A stretch of 64,000 nucleotides of DNA from Candidatus Poribacteria bacterium (GTDB lineage Bacteria > Poribacteria > WGA-4E > WGA-3G). Within the stretch, counting starts at the first letter, position 1, and every line of letters begins with the position of its first letter. The notes under the pieces are model-generated. The model was given only the letters and a program-made list of their open reading frames with translations. It made no database searches and was not told where the DNA came from. Location: assembly GCA_965198235.1 (NCBI GenBank), contig OZ240248.1:3520001-3584000 (forward strand). The letters run 5' to 3'. This document shows, in pieces, positions 53,209-62,355 of this stretch. A program made the translations under genes and the position numbers.

Positions 53209-54306
53209 GTGCGGATTCTCTACGTCATTGATTCCATGACAAAAGACGGTGCCGAATCGCAACTGCTCAAGACATTGGATCGGTTGCCACCGGAGCGGTA
53301 TGAAGCGTCCGTTGTGCTGAGTCGTGCTGAAGGGGAACGCGTCAGGGAACTCGCAGCACTGCCCTGTGTGCGGGAGGTTGCAACACTCACAGGTGAAGGC
53401 AACCGTCCGAGGTTGCTGGAAAAGGCGTTTGCACTCGGTGGCATTATCAATGCTGTTGAACCCGACATCGTGCATAGTTGGTTGTGGTATTCCAATTTCC
53501 TCTGCGGACTCTCCCGTAAATTTGGACTGTGGCGGCAGGTTCCGTTCATCGTTTCACAACGCGGCGACTACCATGCGAGATACGGAAAGTTTCGGCTCTG
53601 GCTTACAGAAAAACTCATCTACAGGACCGCCGATGTCCTTCTGACGAACTCAGCGCAGATCCAAAGACATCTCCACCAGCGGTATCCAGAGAAAAAGATT
53701 TTTAGTATCCCCAATCTATTAGAATTACCCACCGAGACGTGGGCACAGCCACATACGTGTAGCCCCGAAGAGAAGTTAATAGTAAGCGTCGGACGGTTCG
53801 CTCCCGAAAAAGGGCATCGGTATCTGATTGAGGCGTTAAACGTGTTGAACCGAAGATATGTCGCATGGCGATGTACGTTTCTCGGTGACGGTGAACTGGA
53901 AACGGAACTCCGGGCACTTACATCGGAATACGGACTCTCAGAGCGGGTAGCGTTCCCGGGTTTTTGCGAGGATGTTTTTTCTGTGCTTTTGACGGCGGAT
54001 GTCTTTGTGCTGCCGTCGCTACACGAGAGTTCACCGAATGCGCTAATTGAAGCGATGGGGATCGGGATGCCGTGCATTGCATCGGGTGTGGGTGGCATCG
54101 TGGATCTGATAGAAGATGAGAGGAACGGCATCCGGGTGCCGCCACAGGATCCGGCAGCGTTAGCGGCGGCACTGCATCGGGTGTTGACGGAGCCTGACTT
54201 TGCAAGTGAATTGGGTAGAAACGCACGTGCGACGATTCAGCAGAAGTTTGACAGTACGGTGTCTATTCAGAAGTTGGAAGATATTTATCTAAGCGTCGTC
54301 AGTTAA
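53209..54306 (+). CDS. Glycosyltransferase family 4
   Basis: GAESQL, VGRFAPEKG, DVFVLPS..ESSPNALIEAM. Confidence 0.9.
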   Translation: MRILYVIDSMTKDGAESQLLKTLDRLPPERYEASVVLSRAEGERVRELAALPCVREVATLTGEGNRPRLLEKAFALGGIINAVEPDIVHSWLWYSNFLCGLSRKFGLWRQVPFIVSQRGDYHARYGKFRLWLTEKLIYRTADVLLTNSAQIQRHLHQRYPEKKIFSIPNLLELPTETWAQPHTCSPEEKLIVSVGRFAPEKGHRYLIEALNVLNRRYVAWRCTFLGDGELETELRALTSEYGLSERVAFPGFCEDVFSVLLTADVFVLPSLHESSPNALIEAMGIGMPCIASGVGGIVDLIEDERNGIRVPPQDPAALAAALHRVLTEPDFASELGRNARATIQQKFDSTVSIQKLEDIYLSVVS

Positions 54307-54401
54307 CTGTTGAACAGGACTCTGGTTCAACAGGTCCACCTCTTGACTGACCGCTGATGACTCTTAACTCTGAAGACTGAAAACTGAAAACTATAAAATA
54401 G

Positions 54402-55304
54402 ATGCATAATTTTCTGAAAAATCTGGTTGCAATTTTTGTTTGTCTATCGGGCATGCCAGTTCTCATTCGGGAATGGGTGTGTCGGCATCGGGTTGCTATC
54501 CTCCTGTATCACGACCCGAAACCTTCGATTTTCGGGAAACATATCGCCTATCTCTCGCGCCATTACACGGTTATCTCACTGGATACCCTCGTTGCCGCTG
54601 TCCATCGAAAGGATTTCTCGCAGATCCCCCCGAAAAGCGTTGTGATTACGATCGACGACGGACACGCTGGCAATATCGCACTCCTGCCGATTTTCAAACG
54701 ATACCGCATTCGTCCAACGCTCTACGTCTGCACGCAGATTATTGATACACATCGGCATTTCTGGTTTAAGATAGAGGGACAATCTAAAGCAGAGAAGGAG
54801 AGACTGAAAAGACTCCCGAATGCAGAACGGTTGGCGCGCCTCAAGCATACTGCTGACTTTGCGCCTGAAAAGGTGTATCCAGACAGGCAGGCACTCAATA
54901 TAGTGGAAATGCAAGAGATGGCAGAAAGCGTTGACTTTCAACCGCATACCCAATTCCATCCGATCCTACCGTGCTGTACAGAGACGGAATGTAGACAAGA
55001 AATTCTTGAGAGCAAAGCGGATTTGGAAACGCTTTTGAAGATTGAATGTTCTCATTTCAGTTACCCGAACGGCGATTATACTGAACGCGAGATTGAGATT
55101 GTGAAAGCGGGTGGGTTCCGCTCGGCGCGTACGACGGATATAGGATGGAACACGTTGGATACGCCACTGTATCGACTGAAGGCTGTTCCAATCACTGATG
55201 ACGCTGGACTGATGCTCTTCCGTTCCGAACTCACGACGATTCCCCAACGGCTTAGCAGATGGGTGAATTCTTTATTAAATGGCAGTCGGCATGCTTCGCA
55301 GTGA
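54402..55304 (+). CDS. Polysaccharide deacetylase (CE4/NodB)
   Basis: LLYH, ITIDDG, HTQFHP, FSYPNG. Confidence 0.85.
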   Translation: MHNFLKNLVAIFVCLSGMPVLIREWVCRHRVAILLYHDPKPSIFGKHIAYLSRHYTVISLDTLVAAVHRKDFSQIPPKSVVITIDDGHAGNIALLPIFKRYRIRPTLYVCTQIIDTHRHFWFKIEGQSKAEKERLKRLPNAERLARLKHTADFAPEKVYPDRQALNIVEMQEMAESVDFQPHTQFHPILPCCTETECRQEILESKADLETLLKIECSHFSYPNGDYTEREIEIVKAGGFRSARTTDIGWNTLDTPLYRLKAVPITDDAGLMLFRSELTTIPQRLSRWVNSLLNGSRHASQ

Positions 55305-55349
55305 GAACTATCGGCTTTCAGCGAGTACCCTCACGATTTTCATAAACGA

Positions 55350-56111
55350 TTGTCATCCAAAGGAAACTGGGGATATTTAGAAAAATCTTTTTGCCGACGG
55401 CTGGTTGCTGTTATAGGGAGAAGTCGTTTGACAAAATGGCACCGTGCCTACATCCAGAACGCTTACCGCGAATTAGAAGATGGCATAACACGAAGGCAAC
55501 TCGATACGCTGGGCATCAATGCTACCGGCAAAAGGGTGTTAGATGTCGGGTGTGGACCGGGGAATCTTCTTGTTGCCCTCTCCACCGATACTCCAGAACT
55601 CCTTGTTGGTGTCGATAGAGATGCGATTTTCTTGGTGTCCGGACGTTCTCAAATCGGGAAGTTAATAGAGCCGTCTTCTGTAGATCCTGTTTTGCTTCGC
55701 GCCTCGCTTCCGATCCTGCCGTTTGCAGACGAGACTTTTGATCTCGTTACCTGCCTCCTCGTTATGCCGCATGTTCCTGACGACAAAACCGCCTTAATTG
55801 AACTGGCGCGAGTCTTGAAACCGGGAGGTACCCTCGTGATCTCTGGACACGGCTTGGGGTTTCCTCTCAGGTATCTCAAACGCTTCAAGCTGAAGCCGCT
55901 GCAGATGTACCTCGCCAGTCTGATTTATAGGTGCACTGGGAAAAAATGGATCCGGAACACACTGCAAAACGATAAGAGAATCTGCGACACCTTAAAGCGT
56001 ATCGGTGTGATGCCAGAGGTGCGGTACTACAACAAAAAGGTACTCGGATGCGTTGCGACTTACTGGATTAAGGCGATTAAGAGTGAAGTTAGTCCTAAAG
56101 CGACACAGTAG
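55350..56111 (+). CDS. Class I SAM-dependent methyltransferase
   Basis: VLDVGCGPG, LPFADETFDLV, RVLKPGG; start uncertain. Confidence 0.85.
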   Translation: MSSKGNWGYLEKSFCRRLVAVIGRSRLTKWHRAYIQNAYRELEDGITRRQLDTLGINATGKRVLDVGCGPGNLLVALSTDTPELLVGVDRDAIFLVSGRSQIGKLIEPSSVDPVLLRASLPILPFADETFDLVTCLLVMPHVPDDKTALIELARVLKPGGTLVISGHGLGFPLRYLKRFKLKPLQMYLASLIYRCTGKKWIRNTLQNDKRICDTLKRIGVMPEVRYYNKKVLGCVATYWIKAIKSEVSPKATQ

Positions 56112-56899
56112 TAGGAAAAGAGTGAGAATTTGCCTCGGTTTAGCATGACTAATAGGAATCGTAACGCGATATAGCCGACAATAAACGAAGCGAGCATCCC
56201 GGTTCCTACGATGTGAAACGGGATCGCCGTGTCTCCGACATCTCGGATTTTGAGAGCAACCGCGCCAAGTATCGCGGGAATTGAGAGTAGAAAGGAATAT
56301 TCCGCGGCGGTTTTTGCCGGAATCCCTAAAAATAGTGCCAACGAGATTGTCGTGCCGGAACGGGAGATGCCCGGTGTAATTGCGCATCCTTGTGCAATTC
56401 CGATGAGCGGGGCATGCCACGTTTTCAATTCTTCGGTAGAGGTATCGGGACTATCCGTTTTCTCTCTGCGGAGTCGGGGTAGTTGGAGAATAACGCCGGT
56501 GAGGATTAACATGATGCTTACGAGGCGGACCTCATCGAAAAAAGACTCTAATTGGGTCTTGAACACCACTGCGATAATTCCCGTTGGAATGGAGCCGATG
56601 AGTATCAGCCATATAAACTTGAGTTCTGCCGATGTGTTGAGTGTCGCCTTCGGTTGTCGCCAAAATCGGGTATCTCTGAGTGCAGAAAGCCCGCCTATTA
56701 CTAATCTTCCTATCGCATCACGATACGCGACAAGCACGGCGGCTAACGTTCCTACGTGAAGCATTACATCAAAAAAGACGAGGGGTTCCTTGAGTCCGAG
56801 GAATTGCTGTGCCAAGACGAGGTGTCCTGAGCTACTGACCGGTAGGAATTCTGTTAAACCTTGTAAAATCCCGAGAAGAATCGCTTCAAGAAATGTCAT
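56060..56899 (-). CDS. uppP: Undecaprenyl-diphosphatase
   Basis: QGLTEFLPVSSSGHL, PGISRSGTT, SFLLSIPA; ATG at 56899. Confidence 0.93.
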   Translation of the reverse strand: MTFLEAILLGILQGLTEFLPVSSSGHLVLAQQFLGLKEPLVFFDVMLHVGTLAAVLVAYRDAIGRLVIGGLSALRDTRFWRQPKATLNTSAELKFIWLILIGSIPTGIIAVVFKTQLESFFDEVRLVSIMLILTGVILQLPRLRREKTDSPDTSTEELKTWHAPLIGIAQGCAITPGISRSGTTISLALFLGIPAKTAAEYSFLLSIPAILGAVALKIRDVGDTAIPFHIVGTGMLASFIVGYIALRFLLVMLNRGKFSLFSYYCVALGLTSLLIALIQ

Positions 56900-57105
56900 G
56901 GGGTTATTGTAGCACTTAAGTTCTCGGCTTTCAAGGCGAAATTTTGGTGGGTAAAGGGTTGCGTATTTAACAACTGCCGACAACCGATTGCTGACAGCCG
57001 ATTGCCATTGCTCATTGCTATAATTTGGGGAATGTTGTATAATGCATTGACACTGTTCGATATTTGTGTTAAAATTCTTGTTAAAATTCTGAAGGAGGCA
57101 CAAGA

Positions 57106-57882
57106 ATGCGTGGAAATCTAATCCTGTTGGGGCTTACGGCGATCTGTGTATTTGCGGTGAGTCTCTCTTATGCTATCGAGGAAGAAGACATCCTCGTCTA
57201 TTATTCTTTTGATAAGTTAAGTGGTAATAAAGTCATCGATGATTCTGGCAACGGAAATGATGCAGAATTGTCTGGAAAGGGTTCGCTTGTTAAGGGGGCG
57301 TTCAATAAAGCCATCCAGCTGAACGGTGGTGTCGTCCAAATGGAACAGAATGACTTTATCGTTCCAATTGGAGTAAACGGAGAAATTACGATGGAAGCGT
57401 GGTTTTTCCTGAATCAGCACGCCTCATACGATGGGATTATCTCGATTGAAGCCGCTGCGGGTGGATGTTGCGAATTCCGTACGATGGTGAACCCCGGTTT
57501 CAACCCATTTTGGGATGCTGGACATCACGCCGATAAGAGTCTCGGGAACTATAAGTTTGAATTGAAAGAGTGGTACCACTACGTTATGGTTGCCGATGGG
57601 AAAGATGCCAAAATCTATGTCAACGGCGAATTTATCGGCTCACAGCCGGAGAATTTTAAGTGGCCCAAGTTCAAAGAGGCAGCGATTTACATCGGTGCGG
57701 GTGAAAATCCGACCCTCCACAAAGTCGAGGACGCGATTATTGATGAAGTCGTCATATACGCGAAAGCGTTGACTGAAGAAGAGGTCAAGACATCGATGGA
57801 ACTGAGTGTGCCGGTGGTACTTGACGTTGAAGCCCGCGACAAGTTGGCGGTGACATGGGGAGAGTTGAAAACCGATTTCTAA
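57106..57882 (+). CDS. Secreted LamG-like jelly-roll protein
   Basis: Signal peptide, YYSFD..DDSGNGND, WYHY, IIDEV.IY.KALT; tail DVEARDKLAVTWGELK. Confidence 0.85.
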   Translation: MRGNLILLGLTAICVFAVSLSYAIEEEDILVYYSFDKLSGNKVIDDSGNGNDAELSGKGSLVKGAFNKAIQLNGGVVQMEQNDFIVPIGVNGEITMEAWFFLNQHASYDGIISIEAAAGGCCEFRTMVNPGFNPFWDAGHHADKSLGNYKFELKEWYHYVMVADGKDAKIYVNGEFIGSQPENFKWPKFKEAAIYIGAGENPTLHKVEDAIIDEVVIYAKALTEEEVKTSMELSVPVVLDVEARDKLAVTWGELKTDF

Positions 57883-57938
57883 AACAATTTGTGGGGCGAG
57901 GCACTTCCACCTCAGCCCTACACTTATTCGGAGACGCT

Positions 57939-58331
57939 ATGAAATTAGGATTCTTATCAAAAATTTTTGAAAGTGCGTTGAGTATAGAAAAAACATATAA
58001 CCAATGCGATAACGCACTGAGCGAACTAAAAGCCTACAATCAAAAATGCCAAGAGGCGGATTTTCGGATATCAGATGAAGACAAAGCGGAATTGGACGAG
58101 GTTGTCAATACCGCTCTCACAAATGCTACCCGTATCATTGATAGGGAAGGCGATCGAAATTGGCCCGGTGTGTTTCGGGAAATGCACAAGAATTTGGCAA
58201 GCCTCTATTTGGAACTTGACGAACACGATAAGGTCCGAGCCGCATGTGAACGCCTCCATGACTATGGCGAGACCGGTAGGCTGGATGCCGATGAGGTGCT
58301 GCAGAGCCTCAAGGAGAAAGAGGATTCTTAA
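57939..58331 (+). CDS. Helical hypothetical protein
   Basis: GGAG RBS, ATG at 57939, 130 aa, TPR-like C-terminal helices. Confidence 0.6.
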   Translation: MKLGFLSKIFESALSIEKTYNQCDNALSELKAYNQKCQEADFRISDEDKAELDEVVNTALTNATRIIDREGDRNWPGVFREMHKNLASLYLELDEHDKVRAACERLHDYGETGRLDADEVLQSLKEKEDS

Positions 58332-58512
58332 TATTCCTTGCGGTTCGGTAAGGTAGGTTGGAGACTTCACATTCCTTTACGTAGACCCGCCTTCCACTAC
58401 GTTTCAGGCTACGCACTTTGGAAGAAGGGAAGAAAGGAGGGAAGGCGAAAGCACTTCTTAACGGCAAGTTTTTGCTTGCGAGTTACGTCAGAAGTACCGC
58501 AGGGAGGCGAAA

Positions 58513-60429
58513 ATGCAATTCCTAAACCCTGCCGCGTTTTATCTGCTGGGCGTTATTCCGATTGTGGTGGCACTTCACTTTCTGAAATTACGCCGCCATA
58601 CCCGCCTCGTTCCGAGCATTATGTTTTGGCTCTCCACTGACGAAGACCGGAGAGCAAATGTCCCTTTCCAACGACTCCGTAACCTACTCCTCCCACTGCT
58701 ACAGGTGCTGTTTTTGTTGCTCCTCATTTTCAGCGTCGCGCGCCCCGCGCTACGTAGACCCGGATTCATGCCCGGAAAAGCAATCCTCATCCTTGATAAT
58801 TCCGCGAGTATGTCGTCGAAAGAGATGGGGCAAACCCGCCTCACACTCGCAAAACAGGAAGCACAGCAGTACATTAAAGAGGTTGCCGCGAGCGGTGGGA
58901 TGATGCTCATGGTGACGAATTCCCCTGAAACCTACATCCAACAAGCTTTTACAACGGATACCTCGAAACTCCAGCAAGCGATAGCAGACATCGCTCAGAC
59001 CCATGCACCGCGTAATCTACGTCCTGTCTTCGATGCAGCGACACGCTATGCGGATTCGCCGCAAGACAAGATTGTCTTTATCAGTGGGACGTTTGAAAAC
59101 CTACCCGATACATCGCTGCCGGTACAGAAAATCAGAGTGGGTGGGAATGCAGAGAATATCGGTATCGTTCGGTTCAGCGTTGAGATGTTAGAGGATCGTT
59201 ATGAAGTCCTAATCGGCATTCAAAATTTTACGGATACGCCGACGGAATTAGACGTTCAATTGGCGGTGGAGAATGTTCCACTTGATGATAGAACGATGTC
59301 TATTCCTCCGGGTGAAACCAAATCGGTGCTGTTTTCAGGGGATCCGAGTGGTTTAGAGGGAAAGATTCTTAGCGGGCATCTTAATGTGGATGATGACTTT
59401 CCACTTGATAACAGTGTTTGGGCACTCCTATCTGCTGTCCCGTCACTGCGAATTTTGCTTGTGAGCGACAATCGAAAATCGTTGCTACCTGAACTTTTGA
59501 AATCTTATGGAGATCACGTTAAACTGGATTTGGTTGAGCCAGCGGATTATCACGGCACTGGCGATGCGGATGTCGCAATCTTTGATGGTGGCACGCTCGC
59601 TGGACGCGAGGCTATCGGCCCCCCCACGTTATATGGAAGGTCTGAAATTGCCTCTGGAACGGCTTTGGTCTTCATCGCACCCGGTAACAACCTGCCTTTC
59701 ATTCGGGAAGATGTTCCGATTGTTGAAACGGAGACAACACCTGCGCGCGTTATCAAAGAGGATGGGAATCACCCGCTCATGGAGAGTGTATCGCTGCAGG
59801 GGTTACAGGTAAGCGAGTCTATACACCGAGCGTTGCCACTCTGGGGGCGTTCGCTTGTTGAAACAGAGCAAGGGGCGTTGATATGGCTCGGTAGCAGATC
59901 AGACGCTCGACTTCTTGTTTTCGAGTTCGACGCGTTTAACCCCGAAATCTCTACGTTTGCGCTGACTGTTCCCGATGGACCGCAATTTATCTATCAGTGT
60001 TTAGCGTGGTTTGAAGCGGGAACTGCCCCACTGCAGCCGCTCGAGTCTCAAGGCGGTGGAACCCGGCACGCGTTCCGAACTGGAGAACAGGTGAGGGTCG
60101 CGTTGACACGCGAGGGACGCACGCTTCACGTGCAGAAACCGGATGAAACGAGGGTTGGATTGGATAGTCCGATATTCACTGAAACGGATCAGATTGGAGT
60201 TTACACCCTTTTTGCTAATGATGTGCAGCTTGAACGGTTCACGGTCAATTTGCTGAACGTTACGGAATCGGCACTGTCGCTTTCACCAACAGCAGCGATT
60301 GCAGACCCTTCAATGGATGTAGAAGGCGGATTGCAACCGATGGTGCAGGAGATATGGCGTTGGTTTGCGCTTGCGGCACTCCTGCTTCTCCTGTTGGAGT
60401 GGTGGTTTTATCATCGGAGTAGTCTGTGA
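58513..60429 (+). CDS. BatA-domain / vWA membrane protein
   Basis: MQFLNP BatA N-terminus, MIDAS-like DNSASMS, C-terminal W...LLLEWW. Confidence 0.85.
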   Translation: MQFLNPAAFYLLGVIPIVVALHFLKLRRHTRLVPSIMFWLSTDEDRRANVPFQRLRNLLLPLLQVLFLLLLIFSVARPALRRPGFMPGKAILILDNSASMSSKEMGQTRLTLAKQEAQQYIKEVAASGGMMLMVTNSPETYIQQAFTTDTSKLQQAIADIAQTHAPRNLRPVFDAATRYADSPQDKIVFISGTFENLPDTSLPVQKIRVGGNAENIGIVRFSVEMLEDRYEVLIGIQNFTDTPTELDVQLAVENVPLDDRTMSIPPGETKSVLFSGDPSGLEGKILSGHLNVDDDFPLDNSVWALLSAVPSLRILLVSDNRKSLLPELLKSYGDHVKLDLVEPADYHGTGDADVAIFDGGTLAGREAIGPPTLYGRSEIASGTALVFIAPGNNLPFIREDVPIVETETTPARVIKEDGNHPLMESVSLQGLQVSESIHRALPLWGRSLVETEQGALIWLGSRSDARLLVFEFDAFNPEISTFALTVPDGPQFIYQCLAWFEAGTAPLQPLESQGGGTRHAFRTGEQVRVALTREGRTLHVQKPDETRVGLDSPIFTETDQIGVYTLFANDVQLERFTVNLLNVTESALSLSPTAAIADPSMDVEGGLQPMVQEIWRWFALAALLLLLLEWWFYHRSSL

Positions 60430-60602
60430 GTAGAATCGTTTTTGTGGTGAAACATATTGCCGATGAAGTGTTGCTGGCGAGGTGTTTCTGCGTATTTCTG
60501 CGTATTTCTTTTTCCCCAAGGAAACCTCGCCAGCGATAGCGTAGAAGTCTAAATTCTACTATTTCTTACGACAATCGCGATGCCTACTGTCTTCTTTTAA
60601 TT

Positions 60603-62231
60603 CTATTCAATGTCTATGGCACTCAGAATTCTCTGAAGCAGTTGGGCTTTTGGTATCACTCCTGCTAAACGATCAACAGCCTTTCCATCTTGGAACACGA
60701 TATAAGTCGGAGTTGCTCTGACCGGATATTTTTGGAGCGTTTGTCGACCATTCTTAATATTCAGTTTCGCGACAGCAAACGTGTTCCGTTTCTCTAAGGC
60801 AATTTCGGCGACAACTGGCGCCATCTGTCGACAGAACGGTCAGCCATCCTTTATAAACTCAAGCAGGATAGGAACTTCTGATCCGAGCACAAGGGTATTA
60901 AACGTCGCATCCGTGACTTCAAATGGGATGCCGGAGGTTTTACTGGCGGTGGTAAAACTAATGTTGATGTCGGTTGAATTGCCAGCAGCGTCCTTGACTT
61001 TCCCCGCAATGACGTAGGTTATCTCGTTGCCAAGTTCTTTGCCTTTTACCAATTCAAGCGTTCCCTTATTGCCTGCAATTTTGCCGAGCCATCCGACATC
61101 AGCACCTGCTGCGGTTTGCAGTGCGATGTTGCCGGTTACCTCTTCGCTGAATTCGACTTGTATGCGCCCACCACTGTTAAGTGCTTCAGGGTCAACGTCC
61201 TTATCACCGTCATTGACGCTTCCGCTGGTAATTTTGGGTGCCTCGGTGTCTGGTACAGCGACGGTATAAGCGAGCGTCTGGTTTCCATCTGCCCAAGTGA
61301 TCGTCAAAGCGAGGGGACCTGGGTCGAAGGGACCCGTGATTCGCATCCGTTTGCCAATGATTCGAGCCGTTCCTGTGCTTACAGTGACATCCTCTGGTGG
61401 ATTGTCAAAAGTAAGGGTGATGGTATCGTCGGCAGCGAGTTCCGAGTTGCCTGCTGGGTTCGCGCTAACGAACGCTGCGGGGGGTCTGATGGTATAGTTG
61501 AGCGTCTGAGTGCCATCCGCCCAAGTGACGGTCAATATGAGTGCGCCTGGGTCGAAGGGACCTGCGATTTTCACAGTTTTGTCAGTGACTGTGGTGGTGC
61601 CTGCGCTCACCGTAACATCCTCTGGTGGGTTATCAAAAGTAAGGGTAATGGTATCGTCCACAGTTAGTTGCGATTGGACTGCTGGATTCGCGCTAATGAA
61701 CGCTGCCGGGGTTCTGATGGTATAATCGAGCGTTTGGGCTCCGCCATTCCAAGTAAGCGTCAGGGCAAGGGGACCTGGGTCAAAGGGACCTGTGATTGTC
61801 ACGATTTTGCCATCGACTGTAGCGACCCCTGCGCTCACTGTAACGTCCTCTGGTGGGTTGTCCAAGGTAACGGTGATAGTATCATCTACGTCAAGCTGCA
61901 AGTCGGTTGCTGGATCCGCTCTAAGAAACACCGGAGTACTAACAAAGACTACAGGCGGAGGGATAGTTTTGCCGAAGTTTGCGGCGACGAGCGTCAGATC
62001 GAGGATATTGACGGTGCCGTCCCCGTTGACATCTGGGTTAGGGGATTGGTCTGCGGTGGGTGTCGCTCCGAAGTTTGCGGCGACGAGCGTCAGATCGAGA
62101 ATGTTTATCGCGCCGTCGGCGTTGACATCAGATGCTCTTAGGGTGTCGAGATCCACATCTTGTGTATAGCCTACGGTTAAATTAGTGAGGATTAAACAGG
62201 TCGTTAGGAATAAAACGGTGATTTTTTTCAT
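60603..62231 (-). CDS. Predicted selenoprotein (542 aa): signal peptide, dockerin-like pair, three Ig-like repeats, Big_5-like domain, thioredoxin with UxxC (UGA at 60840-60842)
   Basis: ORFs 60840-62231 and 60603-60824 are in frame; ...EFIKDG-TGA-PFCRQMAPVV...ATPTYIVF aligns with the thioredoxin DFWAxWCGPC..P motif. Confidence 0.8.
60809..60830 (-). promoter_or_regulatory. Candidate bacterial SECIS element
   Basis: mRNA CGACAG-A-UG-GCGC-CA-G-UUGUCG hairpin; G-starting loop 18 nt after the UGA (folded by eye). Confidence 0.55.
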
Positions 62232-62252
62232 CTGTTTTTCTCCGTGGATAGT

Positions 62253-62320
62253 TTATGCTTGTGTGCCGTGCCATTCTTGAACTGCTTCGGAAATCGCTGG
62301 CAGATTTTCGATTGTGGTTT
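62253..62320 (-). pseudogene. Duplicated 3' remnant of the upstream MtaA/CmuA-family gene
   Basis: Translates TTIENLPAISEAVQEWHGTQA* versus TTIENLQAIPEAVQEWHQAHA* at 62985-63053. Confidence 0.8.
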
Positions 62321-62355
62321 TACCACCGAAGCTACAAGTAGGAAATTATATAACT

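Noticed and set aside
56060-56111. 52-bp convergent overlap of the methyltransferase and uppP
   Set aside because: Short tail-to-tail overlaps are common (also 11655-11672); no sign of a special function
60603-60824. Stand-alone 73-aa and 76-aa thioredoxin ORFs (also 62356-62586)
   Set aside because: They lack the active site and first strands; they are better explained as the post-UGA halves of the upstream CDS
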